A stretch of 62,985 nucleotides of DNA, the filler included, from Phoronis australis (lineage: Eukaryota; Animalia; Phoronida), in assembly GCA_002633005.1 (NCBI GenBank). It is 5 parts of 5 records of this genome, joined end to end, with 100 filler letters (N's around TTAATTAATTAA, not from the genome) between each part and the next. Parts side by side here need not be neighbours in the genome. Positions count along the whole stretch, not along the records: positions 17,307 to 43,577 come from NMRA01000939.1; 4 more parts are not named here. The stretch is one strand, 5' to 3'. The notes beneath the pieces were generated by a model. It ran no database searches, was not told where the DNA came from, and saw only the letters and a list, made by a program, of their open reading frames with translations. Below, in pieces: positions 24,253-39,200 of this stretch (within the stretch, counting starts at the first letter, position 1; every line of letters begins with the position of its first letter). A program made the translations under genes and the position numbers.

Positions 24253-27200
24253 TCACACACATATGCACTCTCATTTTTGGTTGAAGATGTTATGTTGTTT
24301 TTGGTCTGCAATCGTGACAAAAATGCATCTGTAGGGTACGCCTAGGTGAGACATTTTATGTGTTTCTATCAAGAAGGTATAAAAACACACCATTGAAATA
24401 CCTGTACTTATCTCTATGCATTCAGGTACCCTGGTATTTTTATGTTCCAAGACTCACAAGTGGTACAATTTCAATAACTTTGATTGGCCTGTCTGGTAGT
24501 CATGTGGAGTGGGACGCTGAAAAATTGCAGCACTTTGCCAATTTGTCTGTAGATATCAAAGAAAGAAGCTGAGCTCGATACTTTGAAAAGGCATGTTTTT
24601 CATATGTGCGTATTATTACATTCAAATTTTTATACAAGCAAACTTTGCCATTTAGGAAATAAAAACGTCCTCCAACAAATTTTCGCTGCCGGATTTAAAC
24701 ACACTCACAGTAGAATTAAAAGAACTGCCATTGACGGAGGAGGATGACGTCGAAGGAAAGATGTCTGCGTTGTTTAGTCGACGGCTCCTGCGTGTGTTTG
24801 TGGACAAGGTCAAATACTGTGCTGAATGCTACCAACGGTCCCTCGATCATGGATTTGACGGGACCCATCCCAAAATGCTTTGTTTGGAGCTACAGAATTT
24901 GACTTCAGCTGCTGTCCTTAAACAGTTAATAGATGGTAATAGTTCAAGTGGTTCATTTTCAATCTTCATTTTCAGTGAATATTTAGTAAGACAGCAATTA
25001 CGAGTCAAAGCCACATTTCACCCTGTTTAGCTGGCTAAAAACAAAAATCAAATTGAAATGGGCCTTTTGCTCTCTGATAAAATTGGTCTCAAACATTCCT
25101 TACTGTGATAGGATTCCATTTTTGTTACCAACCAGAAACGCTTCAGAGTTTATTGGTGTTGGCCAACCCAAAAATTGTGAATTCAAAAAAGGTGCAGTGG
25201 CTGTGACTTGGTTTTATTTGGAAACAAATTGTTATCCTATCCTGGTAAGAAACGTTATGAGACGGATTTTATGAGAAAAAGCAGTCTCATCGGATTTTCT
25301 TTTTTAGCCACCTAAGCAGAGTAAAATGCAACTTGAATTGATAAACATTGGAATTTTAAAATGTAAAGATTATCAGAAACTAAAAGTATTCGATTCAAAA
25401 CATTCTTTTGAGCCTTCAGCTGTGAACTCGAATGGTTCTGTGCCAACAGTTGTGTTTCTCTTGGTATGTTGTGTAATTTCTTGTCTTCAGGAATTGGAAC
25501 TGATGATGAGGATGATGACTTGTATACAAGAGTGTCAAGTGGAGAACATGTAGGTATATTAGTGAAGTTGCTGGCAGCACTTTAGTTTTTGTTTCTACCA
25601 GAAGGTGGCAGTAACTGTAACTGCAAACTCTTTTAATCGTTTTGCAAAATATATACTGCTGAAATTGGTATTTTCCGCTTTCAAATTCACCATTTCATCA
25701 AGTGCTGTTTTGTGGTGACTGTATCGTGAAAATAATGTTGAAACTGGGTAAAAGGCACTGTTGGTTCTTGTGAGACTGTCCCATTTTGGTTAGAATCATC
25801 CAGGGCACTCAATTTGGGGAATTCAAAAGTCTGGGTGGACTTCAAGCCAAGCGTGGGCGCTTAAAAGTAAAATTAAGTTGGGTAGTTGGTCAAGTTAACT
25901 CCCAGTAAGTTACGTAGCCATAGGACTTCACTTGTTAAGAGTCTAATAAATGATTAGTCAATTGAAGACAATGTATTTGAAGGGAGTGAATACGGGCAGT
26001 AGTTTAGTGGTGTGAGAAAACCTTTATGCAGCGCATCTTCAAATATTTCAATTGTCGTAACGTGTTCGCAATGAGTGTACCGCATGCTGCTCACAGGGAC
26101 ACCTCCATCATTTCTGCACACAGATATGATCAAGTGAGATAGATTATGAAACGCATTGAGTAGGATAATATTGCATACGCATGAGTCAAATGAACATATT
26201 TCCTTCAGTAAAGAGCGGGGGAATATTTTCCTGTTTGATTAAGTCAAGGTTCCGCTGTAGCTGACCGTTAATTATGTGTAAACGAGTTGCATATTTCTTA
26301 GAGCAAAAATTCCGGTGAGAAGTACGATCACAGACACAGAGGTCTATAACTTTGGTGTGGGCGATAAGCTGAGCGTGGGCATTTATAGGGCAAAATTTGG
26401 ATATTTCTTGTGTGTGCGTTCAGCGGAGCACGTGCTTTAAGCCGGACATGTTCATGATACTAATGAATTAGGTTTAATTTTTGATTGTTGCCTAAATGAT
26501 TGTTGGTATGACATTAGGACTTTTTAAGATTTTGTTTATGTAAGACACCAAAGAATTGTTAAAGTAAATGATTTCACTCAGACAAATGTCTATGTGTGTC
26601 TTCTCAGAGTATTGGATACAAGTTCTTGTCTCTGTTGAATGGTTACAATGAAAGTGGACTGATCATTCCTGTGGCCATGTTGCAACGCATTTTAAGAGAG
26701 GCTGCCCACAGTGAACAGTCCAGTGCTGCCATCTGTGGACTTTTTGACATTGTGGCCAAGAGGATGGCAGATGTTAAGAGGTTTGTCTATAGTTTTATTA
26801 GAACTTATACATAATCAAAACTATGTAAAAGACAACTTTATTACGAAAAACAGTTTAATGTATTGTAATAAAGGAGGTTGTGTTAAGTTGGAGAAATTTT
26901 GAATGCTGAAGCATTTATTAAACACTTATGCGTAATGCTTGTATATTGATATCTGGTTGTGGTTTGTCCGTGCCTTATTTATGTATTGATGTTGTAAAGT
27001 ACATTGTATTTAGGTCATCTTTCGATTTTGCAATCCTATATTATCTCTGGTTTTGCTCCAACTGTACCTCACGACAGCCAAAAACTTCCTGTTGCTAAAT
27101 TCCTCTGCTTCACAGCACTCAAATGCCTTCATTCTAGGTATGATGAATTTCTGCTTAGTGAGAGTAACTCCTTGTACGCCCTCGAATGCTTGGTTCAACA

Positions 27201-30200
27201 GGTGAGAATTAGCAGTTACCTATGGCGAATTTCTCTACCAACATTTTTGTTAAATCGCAAACATTCTAAGTCTGGACTGCCCCTGACTGAGAAATCTTTT
27301 CGGAGTTCTGTTCATTAGGTCACATGATGTTGCCAAGAGGTGGCATGCAGACCAGACTTAAAATGTTTGTGATCTATATTTCCACGCTTAAGATTTACGT
27401 ATATTTTTGTTAAATATAATTGTGCAGGGGTAGAAATACAAAGTCAGTTGATAAGAACACTGAGTATTAATTAAAAATAGTTTTTTCAATTTCCAGCCCA
27501 ATGTTTGTGCTTAATACATGGGATTGGAGCGGATCGCAGTTTGTCTTGACCACAGAATGTACTGAGTGGTTGGCTTGGTTAAAGCAACTATGAACCCACC
27601 TTCTGTAAAAAAAATCAATTATTATTCAGATCACTTTCTGTAATGAAATTGGTCTCGAATTGTTCCTTTGTCTAAATAGGTATGATTTCAGTGACACCTA
27701 GTGACAGTTTGTTATTGGTTGAGACCAAACTCTACAAGTTGTCTTGCCATGGTGTGTCATTTTATTCGCCCAGGAAGGTCTCAAGGAATAACGAAATGTC
27801 AATTTTTTCAAACCTAGAAATCATTATGCTGCAGTATTCAGTTTTGATAATTTTAAATTATTTTTCGGCCCATTTTTGGGTTTTGAAATTAACTTCGAAA
27901 TGGCTGAGATCTCATTATGTAATGTTAGTTTTATGTACTCTATTGGTTAATTGGTGCAAACAAGAGAGAGATTTCTCCTGCATTTTTCAACTTAATCGTG
28001 ATATGTTCTATTTAGTACAAAAATAAGAAATGTCTGAAGTATACTCTAGACTCAAATGTTGACATATTTTTTTCTTTTTTGTCACAGTTAGCATGGAGAA
28101 CTTCCTTTACAGTTGGATTTGAACTAGGTAGCCTCTTAAGGTAAAAATTGTTCACTTGGAGACAATCTATAAAATTTGGGACACCGAAATTTAAGCCAAA
28201 TTTGAATTTTCTTGATTTTGAAGATTGGGAGATGGGTAATTTTGGCGTTTCTCATGTTTATCAAATATTGGACACTACATTTTGTATCAACAAAGTCTGA
28301 GATAAAATCAATTGAAAATAGGTGTCATTGCAAAATTCGTCTTGTGATTCTTGTATTGGGGACTGCCAGTATTGTCTATTTCTAAACTTTGGAAGAGCCC
28401 TGACCTTGAGAACAATTAGTTTATTTTCACACTCCCAAACTGGAGAATTTTGCAGTACCTGCAATAACTGTTGTTTGGTGAAGTGTCTTTATAGCGAGTC
28501 ATGGTAACGTTTCTCTCAGATTACTAATTGTTATCATTGCAGAAAGAGTTTGGGATGGTTCTCACAAAGGCTTTCAAAAGGGATAACGATGACAGCAGTT
28601 CGTGCTTGGTGTGTATATTTATTTGCTGTTTTGAAAAAATACTGGTGCTATGATTGCTTGCCACAGTGCTGTTCCATAATTAAGTGAGTTATGTGCAAAT
28701 TAGTCTAGCCGATTTCACACAGTTGGTATATGGAGAAATTCCAAATCTACTCTCAGGGTATATATTTTGAACTTTTGGAAGAAGTACGCGATTGAATTCT
28801 AAAGCTTTCCGTGATATCTCGGGAAATGGACTCCGAAACGTTAATATTTTCAACTGTAACTTGTAATTTATTGGTCAACAAATGTTGTCCATAATTTCTT
28901 GGAAATATTCCATTTGCTGCTATATTGATATACTGAAATGGGAATAATATTTTGACTTTTGGTCCCGAAAATGCATCACACCTAAACTTGTTTGTGGAAA
29001 ATTCTGGAAGATACCTAAGAGACCACAAGTCAGTCGTTTTCTACCTGCATTTTGTAGCTATTTGCCCACTGTGAGGATGTGTGAGAAAGTTTATTATTAG
29101 GTGATCATTGTTCAAGCAAGTATAAGACATTTTGGACTTGGAGGAAGTCACTAGCACGATCAATGGATTCTTGTTGCAGGGTTCGTTTTTTGAGCAGAAA
29201 GGTACATTTGCATCACTTCTTAAGCTGTCTACCATCCCAGTGCACAGGTCAAACACACCTCTGAGGCTGAATGTGGCAGCATGTCAGCCATACTTGGAGT
29301 TGAGGGGCTTTCCCAACTCACCCCTGGAGGAAATCCGAGCTGTTGAAGTAAGGTGGCTGTTGATGCTGTTATGCCGCGTACTAAGTTTGTGACATTGTGC
29401 CACGTCGTTAGAAATTCATATGCACAATTTTGTCTAATTTGTTATCCGAGAGAACCACATTTGTGTACGGAAATGCTATATGTGTGCCCGCACGCGCGTG
29501 CGTGTGTGTGTATATATTATTCATTTTTGTGTTTTTTGTTTTTCTATGTATTTTTTGCATTTTATATCTTGTTTGTTACTCTTAAGTTAAAACTGGCTTT
29601 AACGAACAGTGAATTATTGGATTTGCCTTGCATCCTAGCTCTTGGATCCCAACATAACAGCTGCTGTTTTTGTTGTTTGGTGGTAATTATTGTAATGATG
29701 GTTGTACGCTTAGCCTGTTAAATGTATTAAACTAATTATAGTGCGTGTGCAAATTACTACTGGAAAGAAACAGCAAACACAACAACCTGAATCACAACAA
29801 ACCATCCAATGTATTAGGCAAACACATACATATACAGAACAGGTCAAAGGTCAAGGCACACAATAATCTACAGTGTATGTCGACACAAAAAGACATTCAG
29901 AAGTTTTGTACAGAATTGTCACACACGTGTCAGGTTTAATATGAATTGTTAAACATTGTTATTGCATTGATATGGTGAGCTGAGCGCATGGTGGTGCTTG
30001 AAGAAGTAATGTGGTGCTTGAAGAAGTAATTTAGTGGCTGAACAAGTAATGTAGTGGTTGATAACTCTGTATCATGTACTGTTATAATGACATTATATCT
30101 ACCTTTGCAGTCTCGAATTCAAGCGGCATTCCATCGGATTCAACATATTGTGTACATGGCCATCCACAGCTTACTGAAGGCTGACAGAGAGGCTGCCCTT

Positions 30201-33200
30201 ACCTGGTTGGCTGGTGTNTGTCGTCAAGAATGAAACTCGCGAAATCGTGACACAGCCACTGGATACACAGATTGTTTGTTCTGATGGTTTGTGATAAAAA
30301 ATTGTTTTGTTTTTATTATTTTATTTTATTTTTTGTACACAATACGTTAAGTTTTGCTTTTGAAATACACGCTAAATATAATCTAGGTGACAAATTTACA
30401 CGTCACTACAAGAGAAAAGTTTACAAAAGTGGGAACATGGCAAATCACACAATTTTTTATGTAATAAGTGTTTTATATACTTAGAAAGAGAGAGGTCAAC
30501 AATGGTTCTTATTTAGAAATTGTTGTTTCTTGGTAAAGTAGACCGCCTCAAATTTGGGCTGTGTTTTGTCAAGTGGCATGAGCGATTTTCTTTGAAAATT
30601 AAAATATAACAAGATTACTGACAGAAAACACAGCAGAGGCATTTCTGTCTTAAGGAGACTTTGAAACGTACTTTAAAAGTGCGGAAGGTATGTACTCACC
30701 CGAAGCACAAATATTAGACCCTGGCCCAAGATGGCTAATCTATGTGTCGGGCATGTTCTCAACTTATAACAAACTGTCCTGTCTACCAAAGCCCAGAAAT
30801 CTCACTACAATAATTCCGTTAATTTGTATGCTCAAATTTTCTGAATTTCTTATAGTTAGCTATTCCTGTCTGCATTTCCTGTATTAGTGCATATAATTCT
30901 GTTAAGATTCTATTCTGGTGATGTCTATTATTCATAGAAATTTTGATACGTTTGCGCATGCAGTGCATTTATACAGAAACAAGTTGGTAAAATTTAGAGT
31001 GAATTGATAGAAGTATGTAAAATGAATAAGGAACAAGTTGAAACCATATTAAATAAACTTAAGGTACCTTTTGGAACCAAAACACGTACCTGGGGTTTGT
31101 CGATGTTGAGTCGTTTTGTCCATATTTTAAGTACTTGGTTCACCACCAGTTGCACCCTCTGTCGGGGATTCTCTCATGTCGTGGGGAATCCCATAACAGG
31201 TCTGCATACACCGCAGGGAGATCAAGTCCAGGACCTCTGTTCAAACTTTGTCTGTGGACTTGAATCTCAATAGCCTCCTGTACCCTGCAATATATGGGTG
31301 TAGACTTAGTATTATCATCATTTAAATAGAACCCAGGAATATTCCTAGTTGCAGTTTTTTGTAATTAATCTGATTCAGCTGTTATGATATGTGTTGCTAC
31401 AGAGTGAATACACATTAGCTTTACTGTTGAATCTTAAGTCCAGTAATTGATATGAAATATTGTGTTTTTTATGAGTTACTGACATTCGCCAGGTGGACAG
31501 GGATTCCAACTGAATGACATCACCAGGTTTACAACATTTACTCTCTTTATATTCCATTCCACAAATCTGAAGCCAACTGAGGGTACTTTGCAATTCGACA
31601 TGGTTACTGTGAACTTTGGTTGCAACACGTGTTAGAAAGGTTCCGGGAGGGATCGTTGTGATCTAGTCCAACTGACATGTAGATTCTTTGTCCTAGGTTA
31701 CATGATCAGTCTGTGTGCAGTTCTCCTCAAGTTGTGTGAACCATTCTGTAAGGACAACACCAAACTGGACAAGATTTTACCCGCCTATGCCTCCTCTGAA
31801 CATTGCCGTCTCAACTTTGACGAGGACTGTTTAGCGGGCAGTAGGATCGGTAAGCATTTATCTTTATAATTGTTTTTTATGAAATTTCAGACAAACTTTT
31901 CTGTCAGATGTAACGATTATGTTCACAAGTTGTCCAAACTTAGGGTTTCAACTGGTAGACAAATCATAGCTGTTTTAGCAGTCAGTTAATGGTCGCTTGG
32001 ATTATGCTCCTCTGAAGATTTTCGTAGTGGGTGGATGCAAAAATGATGTCTGAGGAGTGGTAAATAAATGTTTTAGGAAAATAAAATCCGAAATCGACAT
32101 ATCAAACACTGTTTCGTATTCATGACTTATAGAATTAACTTCAGTCATAGTACTGTGAAAAGTTTCTTTAAGATAAATGTATTTTGTTGTGGAGTCATGC
32201 ATTTTCCAATTGGCTGCACGTCATTGCAGGAGTAGTCTTGATTTAGTGTAAGACAACTTACATATGTATTGATTATGATTATTTGTAATAATAGTATTAC
32301 ACAATAGCCTCTTTGTCCAGCGTGGAGACAGGCCTTGTTCTGCAGTTCTTTGAAAACACATGTTAGACTAGTACCATAGCACGACTAGATGGCTCGGATC
32401 TCTTCTGGGTCATGAGTGGTCGTAGCAATGCCATCGAGTAACTTAGCAATAAAGGCTGGCCCTTGACTGCATTATCGACTTGCAAGATGCCGACTGGACT
32501 CTGGAAGCTCAAACGAGGCTGCATTCATGTTTGCGTAAGGTGTTCTATGGTACTTTGAACATGCATGCATTCGATGCCTTAACACCACGGTATGGCGACA
32601 GTTTACAGTTAAATGCCAACAAGAATCAAACAAAATGCGTGCCTGGAATTTACACAAATGGCTATTGAATGCTTTAAAGTGGAACTCTCGTTATAACATC
32701 TGAGCACAAGTTGAAATCATGCTTAGAGTCACTGGAATGACTGACCATTGCTCGTTATGGCAATGACTTAACCATGTTGTCAGGCAATTGGAATTTTGTC
32801 CACTACATTTGACGTGTAATAGTAACTACATATTTTCTGCGTGTAACTGGGGTTTGAGGTCGCCTCATTTGTCCTGTTGTATAATGTAATTTAGTTTATC
32901 CCTGTGCTGCACTATGAATGAATGGAAGCGCATAACTTCCGAAATAAATTCTAGTTAAGCATTCTGCTTTCAGAAATATATACTTGAACTGTGTTACATT
33001 CTGTATTTAATTTTCGTAGATTTTTGGTAAATGCACAGATAACATTACCCATAATCCTACTAATTGGTTCTTCTCCTTATGCTCTTTTCAGTATCGGATG
33101 TATCTGCGAATCACTCACCTGCTCTCTCAAGTGAGGCCCAAGGAACCTTTAACTTCATTACTGAATGCTTCCATATCACACAGAGGGCGCTACATGTTGG

Positions 33201-36200
33201 TGTCCTGCCTGTCACCTCGCGCATGAATGAAATTCAAAAGTACGGAAATGGGGAAGTTGTTTTATTCTCAAGACTCATCCTCACTTTTTTAGATAGAAGT
33301 GTTCAAAATATTGCTCTTGTACTAAACAGTCGAGAAAAAAATTAATTGAACTATGATTCCTTGATTCCTTCATTTTGGCTGTCACAGTGTGGACATTGAG
33401 TAGAAAAGAATACATGTTGTGCATATTAGTGTGCTCCTGTAACTTTGTGCGCGTCCGTGTGTGTTTGTGCTAGCTTGTGCATGTGTTAACATGTGCACAT
33501 CCATGTGTGTGTGCTCTCGCTTGTGCATGTGTTAACATGTGCATGTCCGTGTGTGCGTTTGCTTGTGCATGTGTTAACATGTGCACGTCCGTGTATGTGT
33601 GCGCGCTCGTTTGTGCATGCGTTAAGATGTGCAGGTCCATGTGTGTATGCGCTCGCTTGTGCGTGTGTTAACATACACATGCATGTCCACTTGTGTACGT
33701 GAAATTGCAGATGATAGAAATCAATAATGGCCCCGCTCTGTAAGCAAAATTGTACACCTTCTAGTAATTGGTGGGCTCTTTCAGGGGACTGTTGGGAGCA
33801 AAGGAAGCTCACCAAGGGGGCGCTCAAGATCAAGAAATACAGAAGCAACTAGTGGTAGGTGTCGATATGCCAGTATCACTCCATTCGCACTCCATATACA
33901 GTACATGTCAAAAGCAGTCAAAACAAATACCATGTACCCTTCATGGTAGGTATTGACCTGTCAAAACAGGGAATTACACTAAATTTGGACTCGTGCGTCA
34001 TGGCATATACTGTATGATATAATCCAATAAGTCAACGATAACTATACACATTAAGACAGTAAAGGTGAAGAAGACGTGTCCATCATAGACGTAGACAAGT
34101 AATAGTTCTATTTTTGTTGGTTTCAGTTTGTTGTTAATTACTGCTTGAACCGTCTTTGTTGTTTCATGTACAGTATTCTGTTTGAGAAATGCTTGTATGC
34201 TTGTTGGCACTCCACAGGTGCTCTCTGACACGAATTAAATAATCATTCACATATTAATGAACTGCGTAAAAGCAATAAGTTTTCAGTAATAGGTTTGTCA
34301 CTAGGACTGAGACTTTGCTAGCAAGAATGACATATGATTTGCAGAACTTTGAATATGGCTTGCTCTGTGGGTTTTCCACATGACCAGGCTTTTATTAGAG
34401 AAAGTGTTGTAGCTGCAAAAATTTTGGTTTTTATTCCGACCTGTTATTCATTCAAATGAAAACACTACTTTTCTGAATAGGAATTTCAAATTCACTAGGT
34501 GGCACTAGTGAATGAAACTAGCACCCTACCCAAGAAATGCCTACATTCAAGTGTTGGCGTGGGTCCCACGAATGTCTCTAAACTAAGCAATTTTTGCTTT
34601 CTGTTCTTGATCTATTCAGGTATTAAGAAGAGGAATTTTTTCTTCATTAACACCATGGAGTCACCCATTCTGGCAATGCCAGAGATATTGTTGCACAATT
34701 ATAGTCCTCAGGATTTAAGGTCTTGAGTTATGAACTGAACTTTTATAAACCAGTGTTCCGCACAAGATGTCTCCTGAAAAGATCCATTGACATTCTCAGT
34801 AATTCTAGTGCTTTTCCTCTTTACAGCTGGTCACGCTGTTGTTCGATTGCTGTCTTGTGGACAAAGAACTTGTGTATCAGATATCACAATTCTACATTCG
34901 GCAGGCTTCGTGGTATTTAAAGCTGATATCTGACTGCAGTGTAAGTTGATTGAATTTTCGTACAATTACGGTAAATGTTATCCACGGATTGCTTTTTCTG
35001 ACACGTGATTGGTCAATGCTATGTGTTTTGACCTCACGCTGAAACAAATTTCCAAGCAGTCATTCGTTCAAGTAAATCCTTCGGGACATGAAGTGTTAAT
35101 TATGTTTCTGAGCGGATGACATCTTTCACTTCATCGTGATTTGGACGCCAATCCATTGCAAGTTTACCACTTCCCATACATGGTTACGGGAAAAGTTCTC
35201 CAATTAGGGAAGTCTCTGGAATTTGGGACACTCCTGCACAAAATTTTCGGGATTCTGTAATTTTGGCATTCACCATTTGTCTCAAATTTCGGACGATGTG
35301 TTTTCAATCCACACAGTGGATTTTGCTGTCTTTCCAGTTATCCTGGCTTGAACTTGGGACGGCCAGTATTTTTTTTTAGAATTTGGTACAAGCTCTGACC
35401 TTGAGGAAAAAAATTAATTTTTCACTGTCCCTAATTGGAAAATTTTTACCGTGTTGTACTCTTTGGTCTTAACTTGAACAATCCAAGTGCCTCGCTCAAG
35501 GACTTACTTTTAATGACTGCAGAAGCCAAAAATTGAACTCCCAATATTTCAGCAGTGAGCCCACCATACTACACTGAATTGGTCTCACTATGTATATGAA
35601 ATACTCTACTTCTGAAGCTTATTGTTGTTGTTTTTGTAATCATATGGTTATTAAATTCATTTCAGTCTGTTTACAATGTAGTGCAATGTACTTAATATCA
35701 ATGAATAACTTCAACGTCATGTTGGTCTTTGGCTTTTATGTTATCAACAACTGGTAAATTTTTTGGTTATTATTGCTGTGTAAGTCGTCGCAATAGTCTT
35801 GATTTCTAGGCACAGATAAAATTCGGTATGACTCCATGCTTCTCGTAACTTTGTTTCCGCGCTAGTTATAAAAGCTGTATCATTGGCACAGACACAAGCA
35901 GCTCCTGGTTTCACTTTTTAAAATGCAAATATCTGTTTGCAGTTAAAATCCTTTTCTTCATCCAAAACCAATAACAAAACATTCACACTTACTCAAAAAT
36001 ATATTTTCCTCATTTTCACATTAACATGTTGTTGCTAAGCGATATGATCTCCTTCTCCAGGACAACCAATCAGCCGAGGCCACTAGGAAGCAGCAACGTA
36101 AGCTGTTCTCCACCCTCCCAGAATTCCCTGTGCGTGACATGTGTATCTGGTTTCGCTTCGTTGTGACCCACTGCCTCCCAGTTCATCCCACTGTTATAAA

Positions 36201-39200
36201 GGCTCTCGATGTAAGAATAAATGTGCAAGGGATGTCACCTTGATTGTAGGTTGTGTTTTTCCATGTTATGCAATAGTGCAGGCGTTGCTTGGCTGTTCAA
36301 AATCTTTTACTTGTCACCGTGATGCTTATTGTGTTGAGACAGCATTATAACAAGACTTTTCTAAAACGTTTATTTTTAGAAAAGTTGGCTGCAGCTAAAT
36401 CATTTTGTATTCAATATGGTTGCCTATGTGCTTGTAGAATGTACATTATAATTGAGTGCATGTTACAAACCAAGTCCATTGTAATGCAGTTTGGTTGTAG
36501 ATAAGTATTGCATACATGGCAAAAATTCTCCACGTTGGGATAATCTCTAGAATTTGAGACGACAAATTTTATTCATTCTGAAATTTAGGACCAGGGCGAT
36601 TTTGGCATACATCGTATTTCTCAAATTCACATAATGTGTTTTAAATCTTCACAGAGGGTAATAATCTTTTCTGTGAATTTTGAATCTGGGACGGCCAGTA
36701 TTGCCTATTTCTAGAATTAGGGACAAGCTCCAACTTTGAGAAAAATAACTGTAGAATTTTTGCCGTATAATTTTTTTTCACTTGCTCTGCACAACCTCCT
36801 TTTGTGTGTTGTAATTTCATCAGTTTGTTCATAACAATTTGAACAGGATCACTATGCAAATTTACAGTTGCCAGATGCTAACATCATGCCCAAAGACAAT
36901 ATTGCGTGAATTCGGTATACGGAACAAATACCAAAATCTGGGTCTTACTGTATTTGTGTTTTGTGTGTACTCTTTGGTTTACAAAACAAACCTTGCCTGT
37001 AGTTTTACTTATTACATTCGTACGCGACCAGAACCATGAGAATCCCTTTTAATTGAAAATTGAACTTTGACTGAACAAATCCTTGGTGCTGGTTTACTAG
37101 CAGTTACAATCTTCACCTTTAGGTGGCGTCATTTGTTGAGTGTTGTGTTACGTTTCTTCGCCGATCGGACCTCGCCACTGGTCCTATCACAGCCTGTAAA
37201 ATTGTCAGTGCCCTCTTGCACTTTGTTGTCTCGGGAAAACAGAAAAATAGCAAGTAAGTTCTAATGAAGAATAATTAACAAGTGGTAAAAAATGCTGACA
37301 TTCATAAATAATTTAACTCATTGTCAACATTTTCGTATAACAGCAACTCCAGTGAGGAAATCAAATAAATGGTCATGTTGTTTTGTGGTTTGAAAGTTGG
37401 AATGCTGGCCATGGATCATGAGTGAAAATGACTGAGAGTATCTGAAAATGTTACTTTACCGTAGACAATGTGCATTGATGTCATTATTGTTATTTCAATG
37501 AAAGTCATAACTGTAATCATCATACCTGTGTGAAGTTAAACAACTCAAAGCCAAACTGTTGGATGCTGGCCATTTATTTGTTTCTAGATTTGGCAACGAT
37601 ATTGTGCTGTCTGACCTTGCTGCCATGGTTCACATGAATGTGTCTGTCCAGCAATACCTGGGGCCTGTGTTACTGGAACTGTACTCTCGTGTGAACGTGG
37701 TCGAGGGGCAGGATATTGACAGAGACGAATTTGACAAGTACAGTGTCAGGTGAGTGGCTTTAGTTGTGTTATTACAGCGGCTGCCTTAGGAGTTGAATCT
37801 GCTGAAGAAAAATTATTTGCATATGCATTTCCTAATTGACTTGTGTTGACTAAGACACACCACACTTACAGAATGTGTAGTGATCATAGTATAGTTGACT
37901 TGGTTCATAAACAAGCATGATTTGTCTCAACAGTTGCACTTTGATGTGGTGAATTGCATGATGGAGTGTATGGCAAGCTTTTATTGTACTGGTCAGTTGT
38001 GTTTCAGACAAGAGATCTATGATCTACTTCAGAGTCTCTTGATGCACAGTGAGTGTGCGCCAAGCTTCCATAAGTTATTGTAATCATCGGTTGTTTTTCA
38101 GTCAAGTAATAGGTGATGCACCATGAGTGTCAGTCATTCGAGCTGTAGATGACCATAGTGTACGGCAGACTGTAGTACTGTTGCAATTGTCAGTATCTCC
38201 GAGTCAGGTATCTTTGCTGAAGATAGCTAGAGTGTGCAACGGGCTTCAGTTGTACTCATTCCTTGTGTTTCAGGCAAGAGATGGGTGAGTTGCTTCAAAG
38301 TCTCTGGATGCACCACGAGTGTCAGTCATCTGTGCTGAAGATGTCCAGTACTAAGCCATTCCAGGTGAAGAATTATATCCCTTTCTGTTGTGCATAACCG
38401 AAATATCTCTGGTCATTAATAGGCTTTGTGATGGAAGCTTTTATGATGGAGGCTCTTGACTATCTTATGAATTTATGAGCCACAGGGTATCATGGCTTTA
38501 TATGGCCAAAATTAATCTATTCAATAAGAGTTCATCAGTGAGTAATTGAATATTTACTGACTTTATGGAAAGCCTTGTGACCATATCAGCAAAATATATT
38601 TGAAGTGTCGTGATCTTTTTTTACAAAGATATTGGATGATTACTTTAAACTAGTGTTGTGGTGTACTTTAGATAACGCAGTGCATGATGTCACGTGGAAA
38701 GTTTTAACAAGGTGATATCAGCTACAGTGTGTTTTTCTGGCATATTTTACGCTACAAATTATTTAATATTTCATTTCACCCCCAGGATTTCCTGGGCGCT
38801 GTGTTAGACACACTCCTATACCAATATCATGACAGTTTGGCTCGACTCGCCAATGTACGCAAGACTCAGGACCTAATGGCACACGGTAAAAACATTGATT
38901 TCTAATGTGAACAGATTATTTGACAACTTTTTATTTCTTTTGTAACTGTTTTTAATGTATTGAGTGTTTGTATCATAAAGAATCTTTTTGTTTATCTGAA
39001 GCAAGAGCCAATGTTTCGTTTATTGTGTGAATATGACTCGCTTGCTTATTACATTTTTGTATGAATCTAATCGTTTGAAATAATGTATCAGAGTAAATGC
39101 TGGAATATGTTTGTTGAAAAAATAAACTTGACTGCATTTTATTGACAAAAGTTATTGGAGTCAATGCACTTTCGTATAGTTTCTTTGGTTTCAGAAGAAG

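Noticed and set aside
24065-24334. His/Thr- and Cys/Val-rich ORFs (also 15007-15255 and 33477-33848)
   Set aside because: Translations of CA/TG micro- and minisatellites.
28088-28127. Extra AG/GT-bounded exon in the Ufd2-like gene
   Set aside because: It breaks the phase; the flanking exons join in frame without it.
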